A stretch of DNA of 62,416 nucleotides from Patescibacteria group bacterium (GCA_023473585.1 JAMCYU010000008.1:1-62416), one strand, 5' to 3'; shown: positions 1 to 8,944, numbered from the stretch's first letter. The notes: generated by a model not told the origin, from the sequence alone. Numbers and translations are program-made.

Positions 1-676
1 AGGTTCCTGCATTCGCCAAACCATTCCATTGTGAACAATCAACAGCACAAGCAGGCGGAGCCGTTGGCACCGGCGTCGGTCCGGGCGTGGCTGTGCAACA
101 AGAAGGTCCGACGCAGTTGACCACCGGACTTGACCCCGCGGGACATTCACCGGAAAACTCACCGCCGGTGCAAGCCACAACCGAACCACCCTGACAACAG
201 GTTTTATAATCGCCGCCAACCTTACAACCGCTCGCGTCGCATAAACCCGCCTCTAAATAGGGCGTATCCAGACAACTGTCAACCGCTCCACACTTGGAGT
301 AAGAATACTGATATTGGTAATCACATTGTCCAGCTTTAGTTTCGTTTGCTTTGACCTGGCAACTGGCCGCGTAACACCAACCCCATTGGGCCAATGTTCC
401 ACAGGCGCTGCTGCAACCTCCGCCGCTTTGTGTACAGCAAACGTTTTGAGGACTGCCCAAAGATGATTGACACTCGCTAACCGGAACATTGGTCCAATTC
501 GTATAGGGACAACTGGGATAACAGCAGTTTAATAAATGACTCTTACAGTAATTAACATCGGTTGAACAAAGACCCGGACCCTCGGGACAACAATCAACAA
601 TCGCCTTAACTTCCGGTGGCTGATATAAAAAAAGAGAAAAAAGAAAGAAAAAAAAGAAAAGAAATTTAATTTTCAT
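1..676 (-). CDS. Secreted cysteine-rich protein, N-terminal 225 codons (3' end runs off the window start)
   Basis: Hand translation from ATG at 676-674 gives MKIKFLFFFFFLFSLFLYQPPEVKAIVDCCPEGPGLCSTDVNYCKSHLLNCCYPSCPY...CCTATPGPTPVPTAPPACAVDCSQWNGLANAGT. The frame is open down to position 2. It has a signal-like hydrophobic N-terminus and 28 Cys, including six CC pairs. The ATG overlaps the TGA of the upstream gene (ATGA at 673-676). It is not in the ORF track because no stop lies in the window. Confidence 0.6.
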   Translation of the reverse strand, partial: MKIKFLFFFFFLFSLFLYQPPEVKAIVDCCPEGPGLCSTDVNYCKSHLLNCCYPSCPYTNWTNVPVSECQSSLGSPQNVCCTQSGGGCSSACGTLAQWGWCYAASCQVKANETKAGQCDYQYQYSYSKCGAVDSCLDTPYLEAGLCDASGCKVGGDYKTCCQGGSVVACTGGEFSGECPAGSSPVVNCVGPSCCTATPGPTPVPTAPPACAVDCSQWNGLANAGT

Positions 677-1230
677 CTGAGCATTTCTTTCGTCAATTTA
701 ACCGGCTTACCGTTTTGGATTAAGGTCACGCCCAAGTTGGCTCCGCCCAGACAGTTGATCCCGCCGCTTAACTCGTCTATTTCGGCGATTTTTTCCGCCT
801 CAAGGACGCTGTCGCCTTCTTTAACTAAAAGTTTGCTCCTGGCCGAGAAAAGATAGCTGGCGTTAAGATTTTTTGCTTGGTTTCTGATAATGATATTCTC
901 AAATTCGGGTGTCTCTCCGGAAAGCTTGCTACCAGCATAAGTAATTTTGCCGGAAATAAGAGCGTAAACAGGGGTCCTTGGGGCGAGGAAAAAAACCAAC
1001 CGATCGGAGTCGCTGGCCGTCGCCGGCAAGGTTCCTAATAATTCTTTTTTGACCGGTAAGGCAAAAGTTTCCTTAAGCTCGACGGCTTGCAAAGCCGGGG
1101 GCGTTGGCGAAGATTGGGCTTTTTGCCAGAGTTTGGCTGATTTGGGGAAGAAAAAATTGAAGCTGATGACAATAACGGTTACAATTAAAACAATCAGGCT
1201 AAATGATAAAATTAATCCGCGTTTATTCAC
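673..1230 (-). CDS. N-terminally membrane-anchored hypothetical protein (185 aa)
   Basis: Track ORF. It has one hydrophobic helix (LILSFSLIVLIVTVIVISF). Its stop overlaps the start of the Cys-rich ORF. No family recognised. Confidence 0.6.
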   Translation of the reverse strand: MNKRGLILSFSLIVLIVTVIVISFNFFFPKSAKLWQKAQSSPTPPALQAVELKETFALPVKKELLGTLPATASDSDRLVFFLAPRTPVYALISGKITYAGSKLSGETPEFENIIIRNQAKNLNASYLFSARSKLLVKEGDSVLEAEKIAEIDELSGGINCLGGANLGVTLIQNGKPVKLTKEMLR

Positions 1231-1322
1231 CGGCAGTAATACCTCTAAATTTTAGACTACTATAATGTTAGAAGACTGTCAATCCCTCGTTGATTAAAAA
1301 TTAAGAGAGGCGAAGAAAAAAG

Positions 1323-2870
1323 TTACTTTATGTAAACGAGGCGACCCTCATTAGTTCTTAAAAAATTCGCAAAAGAAATGTCTGTGGCTTTTTCTCTTAA
1401 CGAAGACGCCATTATTGTTTGACAATCACTGTCTCCAAAAGCAGATGGAAAAGTTGTTTCACTAATATTGACAAGAGGCGTTTCAAGATTAACCACACCA
1501 CCATAAGAAGGACCAAGATACTGATCTTTAGTGGGATAATAGATATTTACGCTAATTAATTTGTCAGGGCTGGATAGCTTAATATAATAAGCATCGATCC
1601 TTCCTTTACCATTTCCCGACGCAACTTTAGATACCATTCCCCCAAAAGAAGCAAAGATAACCGTATTTGTTTTAAGATTACGAAACGCGAGATATTTTTT
1701 TAGACTCGCTCTTTCTAAAACCTGTCCCTCATTCGGCAAAAAGGGAATGGGCAATTTTATTTCTCCCTCTCCCGCCGCCTTAAGAATTGCGCTTTCTGCT
1801 TCTTTAGCCGCCCAACCCGTAAATAAAGCTTGGTGTTTTTTAAAATCAATTTCTTTTATTCCTTCTATCAGTTCTACCCTTCCTTTCCCTTCGTTTCCTT
1901 TTTCATTCCAATAGGCAATTTTTTTACCGTCAGTATCAAGATAGGTCCAGACTTTCTTTTCCGGGTCGTATTTTTGGGTAAAACCTTCAAGTTTTAAACC
2001 TTTAAATTCCGGTATGGGAATAATTTCTTTGGCTTCTCCGGTTTTGGGGTCAACGGTGGCGATCAGTTTTTTGTCTTTGGTCCAATAGCCCATTTGTTCC
2101 ATGCCAAACCAGCCGGCACCTTTGGTCGCGATGGTGCTGTCGCCCAAATAACCTACATTCCCCTTTGAATCTTTAAAAGTCTCCTGTTTGGCCCAAATAA
2201 TCCCCGTCACTTCATTTTTCTCATCAAGAGCAAAATAGCCCCAGTTTCCGGCCAGAACCGAATCTTCCAGCCTTTCGCCGCTTAAAGTTCTTATTGAAAT
2301 CAGCAAATTGCCGTTCGTGTCTCTTTCCGAAACGATAACGCCCGAGAAAGGACGGTTATTTAAAACGTCAATTAAAGGATTTTTAAGATAATAGTCGGCG
2401 GCTTTTTGCGCCAGACTCTCTCTTTGGATATCGGGCGTCGGGGTTGGCCGGGGTTCAGGCCCGCCCACCACCGGCGGCAAATTAATAACCACGGCTGTTG
2501 GCGTCGGCGGAATCCTTGTCGGGGTCGCATCCGGTTTTAAAGTCGCTGTCGGCGAAGGTAAAGGAGTGGGGGTATCGGGTGTCGGTGTTGATTCCGGTTG
2601 GCCTCGATTACAACCTAAACCCGCAAGAGCGGCGAATAACAAACTTCCGCCTAGAAGTTCTCTTCTCCCGAGTTTTTTGTCCGAGTTATTTAAAGCCGAA
2701 ACCAAAACACCACCGGCAATAATCGCTTCGACTAATGGCTTGGGTAATTTGACTTCATCACGTTCATCAGGAAAGCTGACAAGAACATAGGTCCGGTCAG
2801 GACTTATCTTTTCCGCCAAAGGATTACTTTCTCTTTCGAAACTTAGACCCGCTTTTTCAGGTGTCTCCAT
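1323..2870 (-). CDS. Hypothetical exported or anchored protein with a Pro/Thr-rich linker (515 aa)
   Basis: Track ORF. Residues ~68-87 (GRRELLGGSLLFAALAGLGC) resemble a twin-arginine/lipobox-type signal, so the true start may be internal. A PESTPTPDTPTPLPSPTA linker and a large globular part follow. Confidence 0.6.
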   Translation of the reverse strand: METPEKAGLSFERESNPLAEKISPDRTYVLVSFPDERDEVKLPKPLVEAIIAGGVLVSALNNSDKKLGRRELLGGSLLFAALAGLGCNRGQPESTPTPDTPTPLPSPTATLKPDATPTRIPPTPTAVVINLPPVVGGPEPRPTPTPDIQRESLAQKAADYYLKNPLIDVLNNRPFSGVIVSERDTNGNLLISIRTLSGERLEDSVLAGNWGYFALDEKNEVTGIIWAKQETFKDSKGNVGYLGDSTIATKGAGWFGMEQMGYWTKDKKLIATVDPKTGEAKEIIPIPEFKGLKLEGFTQKYDPEKKVWTYLDTDGKKIAYWNEKGNEGKGRVELIEGIKEIDFKKHQALFTGWAAKEAESAILKAAGEGEIKLPIPFLPNEGQVLERASLKKYLAFRNLKTNTVIFASFGGMVSKVASGNGKGRIDAYYIKLSSPDKLISVNIYYPTKDQYLGPSYGGVVNLETPLVNISETTFPSAFGDSDCQTIMASSLREKATDISFANFLRTNEGRLVYIK

Positions 2871-2911
2871 GATTTCGCTCTCTTTATCCTATAACATTTA
2901 CGGCTTGCTTG

Positions 2912-3127
2912 TCAAATCCTGGGTTTTTGATCCGGCGGATATGCTGTATTGCTATTTAAGTAGGCTAACTCAGTTGCTTTTGCTAGATCATCAAGATTAT
3001 GGCTTCGCGACGTAAACACAGGAAGCATTTCAGCGCTCAGGCCAATGGGAGGCATACGCACCATTCCTATGCAATAAAATTTATCATCCAGGAAATATAT
3101 AATGACGCTTTTTTTGGCAAAACTCAT
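2912..3127 (-). CDS. Short immunity-like paralog B4 (71 aa from ATG; track lists a TTG-extended 77 aa)
   Basis: MSFAKKSVIIYFLDDKFYCIGMVRMPPIG matches the N-terminal motif of B1-B3 (YY.D..FYVVG.V..PP). It lacks their C-terminal half. Confidence 0.45.
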   Translation of the reverse strand: MSFAKKSVIIYFLDDKFYCIGMVRMPPIGLSAEMLPVFTSRSHNLDDLAKATELAYLNSNTAYPPDQKPRI

Positions 3128-3131
3128 ATGA

Positions 3132-3251
3132 TTACGGTACCTCAACTATAACCAGTGTAACATCTTTTGTTTGCGCGTAATCCTGCATCTCTAAAAGTTC
3201 TTTACTTGTTGCTTCAGTGGCTTTTCCAGCTGAAATTCCTATTTCTATGTA
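3132..3251 (-). pseudogene. Start-less remnant of the toxin-like gene 3' end (copy 3)
   Basis: Translates to YIEIGISAGKATEATSKELLEMQDYAQTKDVTLVIVEVP*. Two in-frame TGA codons lie directly upstream. The 47 nt at 3139-3185 are identical to 4342-4388. Confidence 0.6.
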
Positions 3252-3260
3252 TCATCAAGA

Positions 3261-3749
3261 TCATATCTTCTTATCTGTGTGATATACTTTACTCAAAATT
3301 TCTTCTGCTATATTCTGAGCAGAAAGCGGTGGAAGTAATATTTTTCTCGCGCCATCTATTCCTCTCCACGCCTTTCCTTCTCCCAAATCTGGCTCATTAG
3401 GATCATAGGACTCCTGAGGCGATATTTCCACACTTCCGTCTTCGTACCAATCAACCTCCCATAACTTTGCGGCCTTAGCCCAAACTTTTCCGTAATCTCC
3501 ATCCCATGGCGTCACATCTGTTCTTATTTGGTGTTGAAAATAACGCTCCTTACTTACATCACTTCCTAACCGCGCAGATTCTATGGCCTGTGCTAATTTT
3601 TTACCATCTGAAAACTGTACCATATATACAGGTTCTACCTGACGACAAAAACCAAAAGGCTGGATGCGAACCGACCCCACAACATAAAACTGATCGTCTA
3701 GGTAGTAGACAGAAACCTCGTGAATATTATCACCCCTTGCTTCAATCAT
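3261..3749 (-). CDS. Immunity-like paralog B3 (162 aa)
   Basis: Track ORF. It shares VYYLDDQFYVVGSVRIQPFGF, PWDGD..KVW, LWEVDWYEDGSVE and YDPNEPDLGEGKAWRGI with B1. Confidence 0.65.
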   Translation of the reverse strand: MIEARGDNIHEVSVYYLDDQFYVVGSVRIQPFGFCRQVEPVYMVQFSDGKKLAQAIESARLGSDVSKERYFQHQIRTDVTPWDGDYGKVWAKAAKLWEVDWYEDGSVEISPQESYDPNEPDLGEGKAWRGIDGARKILLPPLSAQNIAEEILSKVYHTDKKI

Positions 3750-3751
3750 AA

Positions 3752-3892
3752 TTATGGCACCTCACAAATAACCAACGTTACATCTTTACTTTGAGCATAG
3801 TTTTGCAATTCCTCCAACTTTTCAATCTGTTCTGGGCTAGCTTTCCCTGCAGGAATACCAATCTCTACATATCTATCTTGAAAATTTTCTTC
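3752..3892 (-). pseudogene. Start-less remnant of the toxin-like gene 3' end (copy 2)
   Basis: Translates to EENFQDRYVEIGIPAGKASPEQIEKLEELQNYAQSKDVTLVICEVP*. It has no start codon and ends 2 nt before the B3 ATG. Confidence 0.65.
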
Positions 3893-3893
3893 T

Positions 3894-4331
3894 TTACAGC
3901 TGTTTTAATATCTCCCTGGCAATATCTTTTGTAGAAACGGGTGGAGAGAATGTTTTTTCTGAAATTGTTTTCCATTGCATATCTCCCCTATACATTTTAT
4001 CGGGGTTTTCAGTATCCATATCAACGCTTCCATCTTCCTTCCACCATAAAGACCATAACTTTAAGGCGTGGTTCCACACCCTGTTTTTTTCTCCATCCCA
4101 TGGTTTTATTTCTAGATTTGCATGGTCCGGGTCAAAATGAGATTTACTTACTATGTGAGCTGAATCGATTGCTTGAGAGAGTTTTTCAATACTGAAATCT
4201 TGTAATTTTATCACAGGGTTAACATGTGCCCAGACAAAAATAGGTGGAAGCTCTACCGAACCAACCACATAAAGAATTCTATTAAATAAGTAAATGGATA
4301 CATGATGATACGTTTTTTTAATTTCAACCAT
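3894..4331 (-). CDS. Immunity-like paralog B2 (145 aa)
   Basis: Track ORF. It has YLFNRILYVVGSVELPPIFVW, KPWDGEKNRVW and WWKEDGSVDM. Its C-terminus SPPVSTKDIAREILKQL is identical to that of B1. Confidence 0.65.
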   Translation of the reverse strand: MVEIKKTYHHVSIYLFNRILYVVGSVELPPIFVWAHVNPVIKLQDFSIEKLSQAIDSAHIVSKSHFDPDHANLEIKPWDGEKNRVWNHALKLWSLWWKEDGSVDMDTENPDKMYRGDMQWKTISEKTFSPPVSTKDIAREILKQL

Positions 4332-4334
4332 AGA

Positions 4335-4475
4335 TTATGGCACCTCAACTATAACCAGTGTAACATCTTTTGTTTGCGCGTAATCCTGTAGTTCATAAAG
4401 CTTTTCAATCTGTTCTGGGCTAGCTTTCCCTGCAGGAATACCAACTTCTAAATATCTATCTTGAAAATTTTCTTC
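4335..4475 (-). pseudogene. Start-less remnant of the toxin-like gene 3' end (copy 1)
   Basis: Translates to EENFQDRYLEVGIPAGKASPEQIEKLYELQDYAQTKDVTLVIVEVP*. It ends 3 nt before the B2 ATG. Confidence 0.65.
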
Positions 4476-4476
4476 T

Positions 4477-4935
4477 TCACAGCTGTTTTAATATCTCCCT
4501 AGCAATATCTTTTGTAGAAACGGGTGGAGATAAATGTTTCTTGGCACCCTTTATACTCCTCCAAGCCTTACCTTCTCCCAAATCTGGTTCATTAGGATCG
4601 TAGGGTTCATCAAGCGACATGTCCACACTTCCGTCTTCATTCCACCATATTGACCACGATTTTGAAGAATTATTCCAAACTCTTTCATGTTCTCCGTCCC
4701 ACGGTTTTATTTCTGGGTTTGCATGATCAGGATGAAAGCGTGACTTACTTATCAGTCGAGCCACCCCTATAGCATCCGCAAGTTTATCTCTATTGTGGTT
4801 TTTTACTGTAATAATAGGATTTACTTGCCTCCACACAAAAATAGGTGGCATTTCGACCGCCCCCACAACGTAAAACATGTCACTGAAATAATAGACAAGG
4901 ACAAGGTGGGCTGTTTTTTTTATTGGCTCAGTCAT
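4477..4935 (-). CDS. Immunity-like paralog B1 (152 aa from MTEPIKK; track lists 164 aa from 4971)
   Basis: Track ORF. The start at 4935 avoids overlap with the upstream stop at 4949-4951. It has the same motifs as B2 and B3. Confidence 0.65.
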   Translation of the reverse strand: MTEPIKKTAHLVLVYYFSDMFYVVGAVEMPPIFVWRQVNPIITVKNHNRDKLADAIGVARLISKSRFHPDHANPEIKPWDGEHERVWNNSSKSWSIWWNEDGSVDMSLDEPYDPNEPDLGEGKAWRSIKGAKKHLSPPVSTKDIAREILKQL

Positions 4936-4948
4936 ATTTATTATTTTA

Positions 4949-5383
4949 TTATGGCACCTCCACGATGACAAGTGTTACATCTCGACTTTGTGCATAATCT
5001 TGTAATTCATGAAGCTTGGCAGTCTGTTCTGGGTTGGTTCTTCCTGCAGGAATACCTAGCTCTAAATACCTGTCCTGAAAATTACGCCCTCTTTCAAAAA
5101 CCATATCTTTCCATCGTCCATAAGTAAATCCACTAAGTTCATCAATATATTTTCTCACTGTCGAATCAACTTCTCTTATATCTTGATATGATTTTAGTGC
5201 TAAGTCAAGCGTCTTCATGCTTGTTGCTGTCATTGCATCAATAACGATATCATCAACTACGGGACAGTTACTACCCAAATTAGCCCTACGCAACTGTTCG
5301 TAATCATGTCCACGTGCATCTATTCCTTTTTCGCTCCACAAAGTATCTCTATGTAGTTTAGTTTGCAATTCGTCATGACTCAT
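4949..5383 (-). CDS. Small toxin-like protein A, possible PD-(D/E)xK nuclease fold (144 aa)
   Basis: Track ORF. GHDYE...PVVDD...TSMK gives an E/D/SxK arrangement. Its last 47 codons are the parent of the three remnants. It sits directly upstream of the immunity-like array. The family assignment is not verified. Confidence 0.5.
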   Translation of the reverse strand: MSHDELQTKLHRDTLWSEKGIDARGHDYEQLRRANLGSNCPVVDDIVIDAMTATSMKTLDLALKSYQDIREVDSTVRKYIDELSGFTYGRWKDMVFERGRNFQDRYLELGIPAGRTNPEQTAKLHELQDYAQSRDVTLVIVEVP

Positions 5384-5500
5384 ACTAAACCAATGTGGTC
5401 GTTCTTTTGTTTGCTCTTTCTCTGGTCGATTTCCACGCCCACCGTCGCCTGCAGATTTTGATGCAACATCTCATCTTCTAAATAAAAACCAAACGCTTTA

Positions 5501-6335
5501 TCACATCTTGGGGTATGAATATAATGCAGGGACAACTTGAATATCTCCTCTTTCAACACTCTCTTTTAAGGTATTTTGCAGAGCTTTGAAATGAGAATAT
5601 TGAATAATTGTCTTTAAAGCACTTAAATAAATATTGCCTGTATTTGGAACGACTAGATCGACATTTCTATCAATATTCGCAAAAGCTATGCCTTTTCCAT
5701 TAATCGTTATGGCCGGACTTTTAATGTCGGGGTTACTGTTTCCCATAAAAACAAGCAGGCTTTTGTTTTTAGCTACAAATTCCCTAAAATATCTTGTGGT
5801 GTATCCCATGAATGATTCGTAACCTGCTAAATCCCTTGTTAATTCTGATCTTTTTTGAGCTTCTGCCGAAACTACACTAGTAATATCAATATTCGCATCG
5901 GGTCGTTTTTCGGTAATGGTTATCCCTCGATTTAACGCTGATAAATCTAATCTTGCAATTAGATCATCATAAAAGGATTTTCTTGCTTTACCAATCTGCC
6001 TGCGTAAAGTAGGATTATCTCTTAATTCTTGGCTTCGTTTATATTGTTTATCATAAGGAATGGTTAAATTATCCCTAATTATTAAGTAGGCTAAGGCATG
6101 TAGAATAAAAAACTCACTAAAAGGTGCCCACCAAAGATCTCATTGACTCTATAAAATTAGAGACTTTAATGTCATCTGGAGCTAAAAAATCCCCATATGG
6201 AATTTTATCCCAAGATATTAAGAGATTATTGTCTCTATAGACTAACCTTCTTTCTTCTCTACCCTTTTCCCTATAGTTTTGCGCAGGCAAAAGATCTGTT
6301 ATCGCTCTGTTTGGCTGTGTTTCAGTAATACTCAT
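5501..6335 (-). pseudogene. Frameshifted gene: track ORFs 6117-6335 and 5501-5809 plus ~210 start-less open codons between them
   Basis: The frame of the 102-aa ORF stays open upstream to 6139 without any ATG, GTG or TTG. It overlaps the end of the 72-aa ORF. Removing one base from the T4 run (plus-strand A4 at 6119-6122) joins them into ~277 codons (...SLVGTF|SEFFILHALAYLIIRDN...). Confidence 0.5.
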
Positions 6336-6513
6336 ATATAAACCAAAAATAACTTTAGGGGCTATTATAGCCTATTACATCATTCATATCAAATATTATA
6401 GGCTCTAGTTGCAAAAGCTCTCCAGCATTCAAATTAATCATGAATTCGAATCCCACTGGGGCTCTACATTATGAGTTTAACGTTGGGAGGAGATCACGCT
6501 GGCTTCTGCTTTT

Positions 6514-6948
6514 TTATCTGGTCTTTGCGCCAGGCGGCAATTGGGAAATGAAAATATCTGTACTTGGGAGACAATCTTTAAAATTAATTTTTTCTGGCTT
6601 AAACCATTTAAAATCTCGATTCTCTTGATTAGCAATTTTGGGTTGTCCTCTAATAATTTGAGTCAAATAACACAAAAGGATACCGTGATAAATCATTTTA
6701 TCGGTCCTAAAAACATAAGAGGTAAGAAAAGGCGTTTTCGTCAAGATCCTAACTTCCACGCCCAATTCCTCTTTAAGCTCTGTTACCAGCCTTTCTTCGG
6801 GATTATCACCGAATTCTAAATGTCCCCCAGGAATGCCCCATTTTCCATCCCAAATCGGAAATTCTTGTTCATTTCTCTGGGTGAGCAGGACTTCGTTATT
6901 TTTATTTAGCGACCAAAAGTACGCCATATTCAAAAAAACCCGTTTCAA
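6514..6948 (-). CDS. NUDIX hydrolase
   Basis: Nudix box GGHLEFGDNPEERLVTELKEELGVEV. Confidence 0.85.
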   Translation of the reverse strand: MKRVFLNMAYFWSLNKNNEVLLTQRNEQEFPIWDGKWGIPGGHLEFGDNPEERLVTELKEELGVEVRILTKTPFLTSYVFRTDKMIYHGILLCYLTQIIRGQPKIANQENRDFKWFKPEKINFKDCLPSTDIFISQLPPGAKTR

Positions 6949-6994
6949 AACGGGGAAAGACTAGTTTAAAATGACGACTAAAAATCCTTTTTTG

Positions 6995-7423
6995 TTAAGT
7001 TTGTTTTAATTTTTTCTCTATAAAATAAAAAAGCTCTTCCGCATCAAAAAGGGCCTGTTCTGTTTCCTCTTTTGAATAATCAATAATGGCATCAGCCGGA
7101 TACTTCGTTTCAATGAAATATTCGTTAAGTATTTTACATTGTTTTTCGAATTGCAAAAAATCCCGATCTTTATCCACGCACATTGTCAAAAGCAAAGGAA
7201 GAATATGAATTTTAGGAAGAAATTCCAACCCTTTGGCTAAAAGATAGGCTTTAAGAGCCTTCTCGGTTGCTTGATGGCAAAAATAACATGTCGTATCCGT
7301 ATAACCGCCATGACGATTATTCAAAAATCCCGTATCAAGATCACGCCTGGCTTTTAATAGCCAATCTTCATAATATTTAGATTCGCGAAACTTTTTCTTC
7401 ACAGAAAAGCTTTGCTTAACCAT
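6995..7423 (-). CDS. HEPN domain protein (toxin half of a HEPN/MNT pair)
   Basis: 142 aa and helical, with CHQATEKALKAYLL and a KYP motif. It overlaps the upstream nucleotidyltransferase gene by 8 nt. Confidence 0.75.
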   Translation of the reverse strand: MVKQSFSVKKKFRESKYYEDWLLKARRDLDTGFLNNRHGGYTDTTCYFCHQATEKALKAYLLAKGLEFLPKIHILPLLLTMCVDKDRDFLQFEKQCKILNEYFIETKYPADAIIDYSKEETEQALFDAEELFYFIEKKLKQT

Positions 7424-7763
7424 ACAGAACTTTACCTTTTTGGAGAATTTCGCTTATAAAAACATTGCCCCTGTTGATTTCGTACTCTACCTCCGAGGGA
7501 GTATAAATCAAAAAATCTACGGGGATATTTTGGGCAGGAAGACATGACCAAGCTTCTGTAGCTCTTTTTCCCAATCTGCTCACTAAAGTTTTTTTGATCA
7601 AGAAAAGATCTATGTCATTACTTTGGGTTTTAGAATCAATCATACTACCGAAGAGAATGATCTTTTCCGGCTTGTAGCCCTTTTTAAGAGCAGCTACTAT
7701 TTGAGGAAGTTTTTTAAGATAATCTTCCTTTCTACTCGCGGAGAAACTTTGCTTCTTTAGCAT
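7416..7763 (-). CDS. Minimal nucleotidyltransferase (MNT) domain protein
   Basis: Signature ILFGSMIDSKTQSNDIDLFLI (GS..D.D). Paired with the HEPN gene. Confidence 0.8.
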   Translation of the reverse strand: MLKKQSFSASRKEDYLKKLPQIVAALKKGYKPEKIILFGSMIDSKTQSNDIDLFLIKKTLVSRLGKRATEAWSCLPAQNIPVDFLIYTPSEVEYEINRGNVFISEILQKGKVLYG

Positions 7764-7891
7764 ACTTAATTATCTTAACATATCCGTCAACTTATTTTCG
7801 TCAAGTTTCTGCTTTTTTTCTGGTCTTTGTGCCAAGCGGTGATTGAAATTGATATCTTGACTTTAATTCTTTAAACATCTTAAATAAAGAT

Positions 7892-8257
7892 GTGCAAACT
7901 ACTAAAAAACCCAATATCGAATTAAAAAGACTAGAAAAACTGCTAAACAAGCTTCTTGAGCAAACTGAAATTACGAAGATTGAGGCAAGAAAACTTAACG
8001 AAAAAATTGAGGGAACGCGAAACTGGACATGGTTTGAGCTTGAAAAATTTTCAGATAAAATCCTCGACGAGATGGCTTTACTTAGAAACGATGTGGCCAA
8101 CATAAAAGACGAAATTATAACTGAACTTAAAACGTCAAGAGAGGAATTTGTCGCCCATCAAGGCGCTCACTTCCGCAAACAAGAAACACTTGACGATCAC
8201 GAAAAAAGAATTGCCAAACTGGAAAATTCTTCTCTTCCTTCTGTTAACCCCACCTAG
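7892..8257 (+). CDS. Coiled-coil hypothetical protein (121 aa)
   Basis: Track ORF with charged, heptad-like composition. It is preferred over the Ser/Phe-rich antisense ORF at 7801-8103. Confidence 0.5.
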   Translation: MQTTKKPNIELKRLEKLLNKLLEQTEITKIEARKLNEKIEGTRNWTWFELEKFSDKILDEMALLRNDVANIKDEIITELKTSREEFVAHQGAHFRKQETLDDHEKRIAKLENSSLPSVNPT

Positions 8258-8271
8258 ATTTAAATTGATTT

Positions 8272-8886
8272 TTATGGATATAAATGTCCCAGTCTTCGCT
8301 TTTTGGCCTCTAAATCTTTGGCGGTCATTTTGCTATTTACTTTGATGGGTAACGGTTCGACGTCAACGACAAACCCCGCCTCCCGCAATGCCGCAAGTTT
8401 ATCGGGATTATGCGTCATCATTCGCAATGGGGCGGTAACATGCAAATTCCTGTAAATATCAACCCCGGCCTGGTAACAACGGTTTTCTCCCTTCATGCCC
8501 TGATTCTCAAAAGCCGTTACCGTATCCACGCCTTTTTCCACCATTTCCTTAAGCTGTAAAACCTTGCCCGCCAAACCATTTCCCCTGCCCTCTTGATGCA
8601 GCCAAACGATTAACCCTCTGTTGGCATCGGCTATCTTTTTCATCGCTGCTTCTATTTGTTCATGGCAATCGCAGTTGGTAGCGTGAAAAGTTTCTGCCGT
8701 CACACAAGACGAATGCAGACGGGTTAATAATGGTTCTTTTGTGGTTATGTCACCTTTGTATAAAACAACGTGTTCTTCATTATCATCTTTTTGCCGATAA
8801 CTGACTATATGCCATATTCCTGTTTTTGTAGGCAATAATCCCTCGGCAGTTCTTTCAACGATTGATTGGTACTTATTAGGTTCCAT
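8272..8886 (-). CDS. ribA: GTP cyclohydrolase II-like protein
   Basis: LHSSCVTAETFHATNCDCHEQ and HQEGRGNGL motifs. The start is placed at MEPNKYQ (ATG 8886) because AAGGAG (8894-8899) lies 7 nt upstream. The track start at 8943 lacks an SD. Confidence 0.8.
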   Translation of the reverse strand: MEPNKYQSIVERTAEGLLPTKTGIWHIVSYRQKDDNEEHVVLYKGDITTKEPLLTRLHSSCVTAETFHATNCDCHEQIEAAMKKIADANRGLIVWLHQEGRGNGLAGKVLQLKEMVEKGVDTVTAFENQGMKGENRCYQAGVDIYRNLHVTAPLRMMTHNPDKLAALREAGFVVDVEPLPIKVNSKMTAKDLEAKKRRLGHLYP

Positions 8887-8944
8887 AGCTACTCTCCTTT
8901 CAATTGGCCTATATTGCTGGCCGATGATCCACCTGTCTAACATA

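Noticed and set aside
7801-8103. 100-aa minus-strand ORF overlapping the coiled-coil ORF
   Set aside because: It is Ser/Phe/Leu-rich and low in complexity, as expected for the antisense of a Lys/Glu-rich coiled-coil gene. There is no SD.
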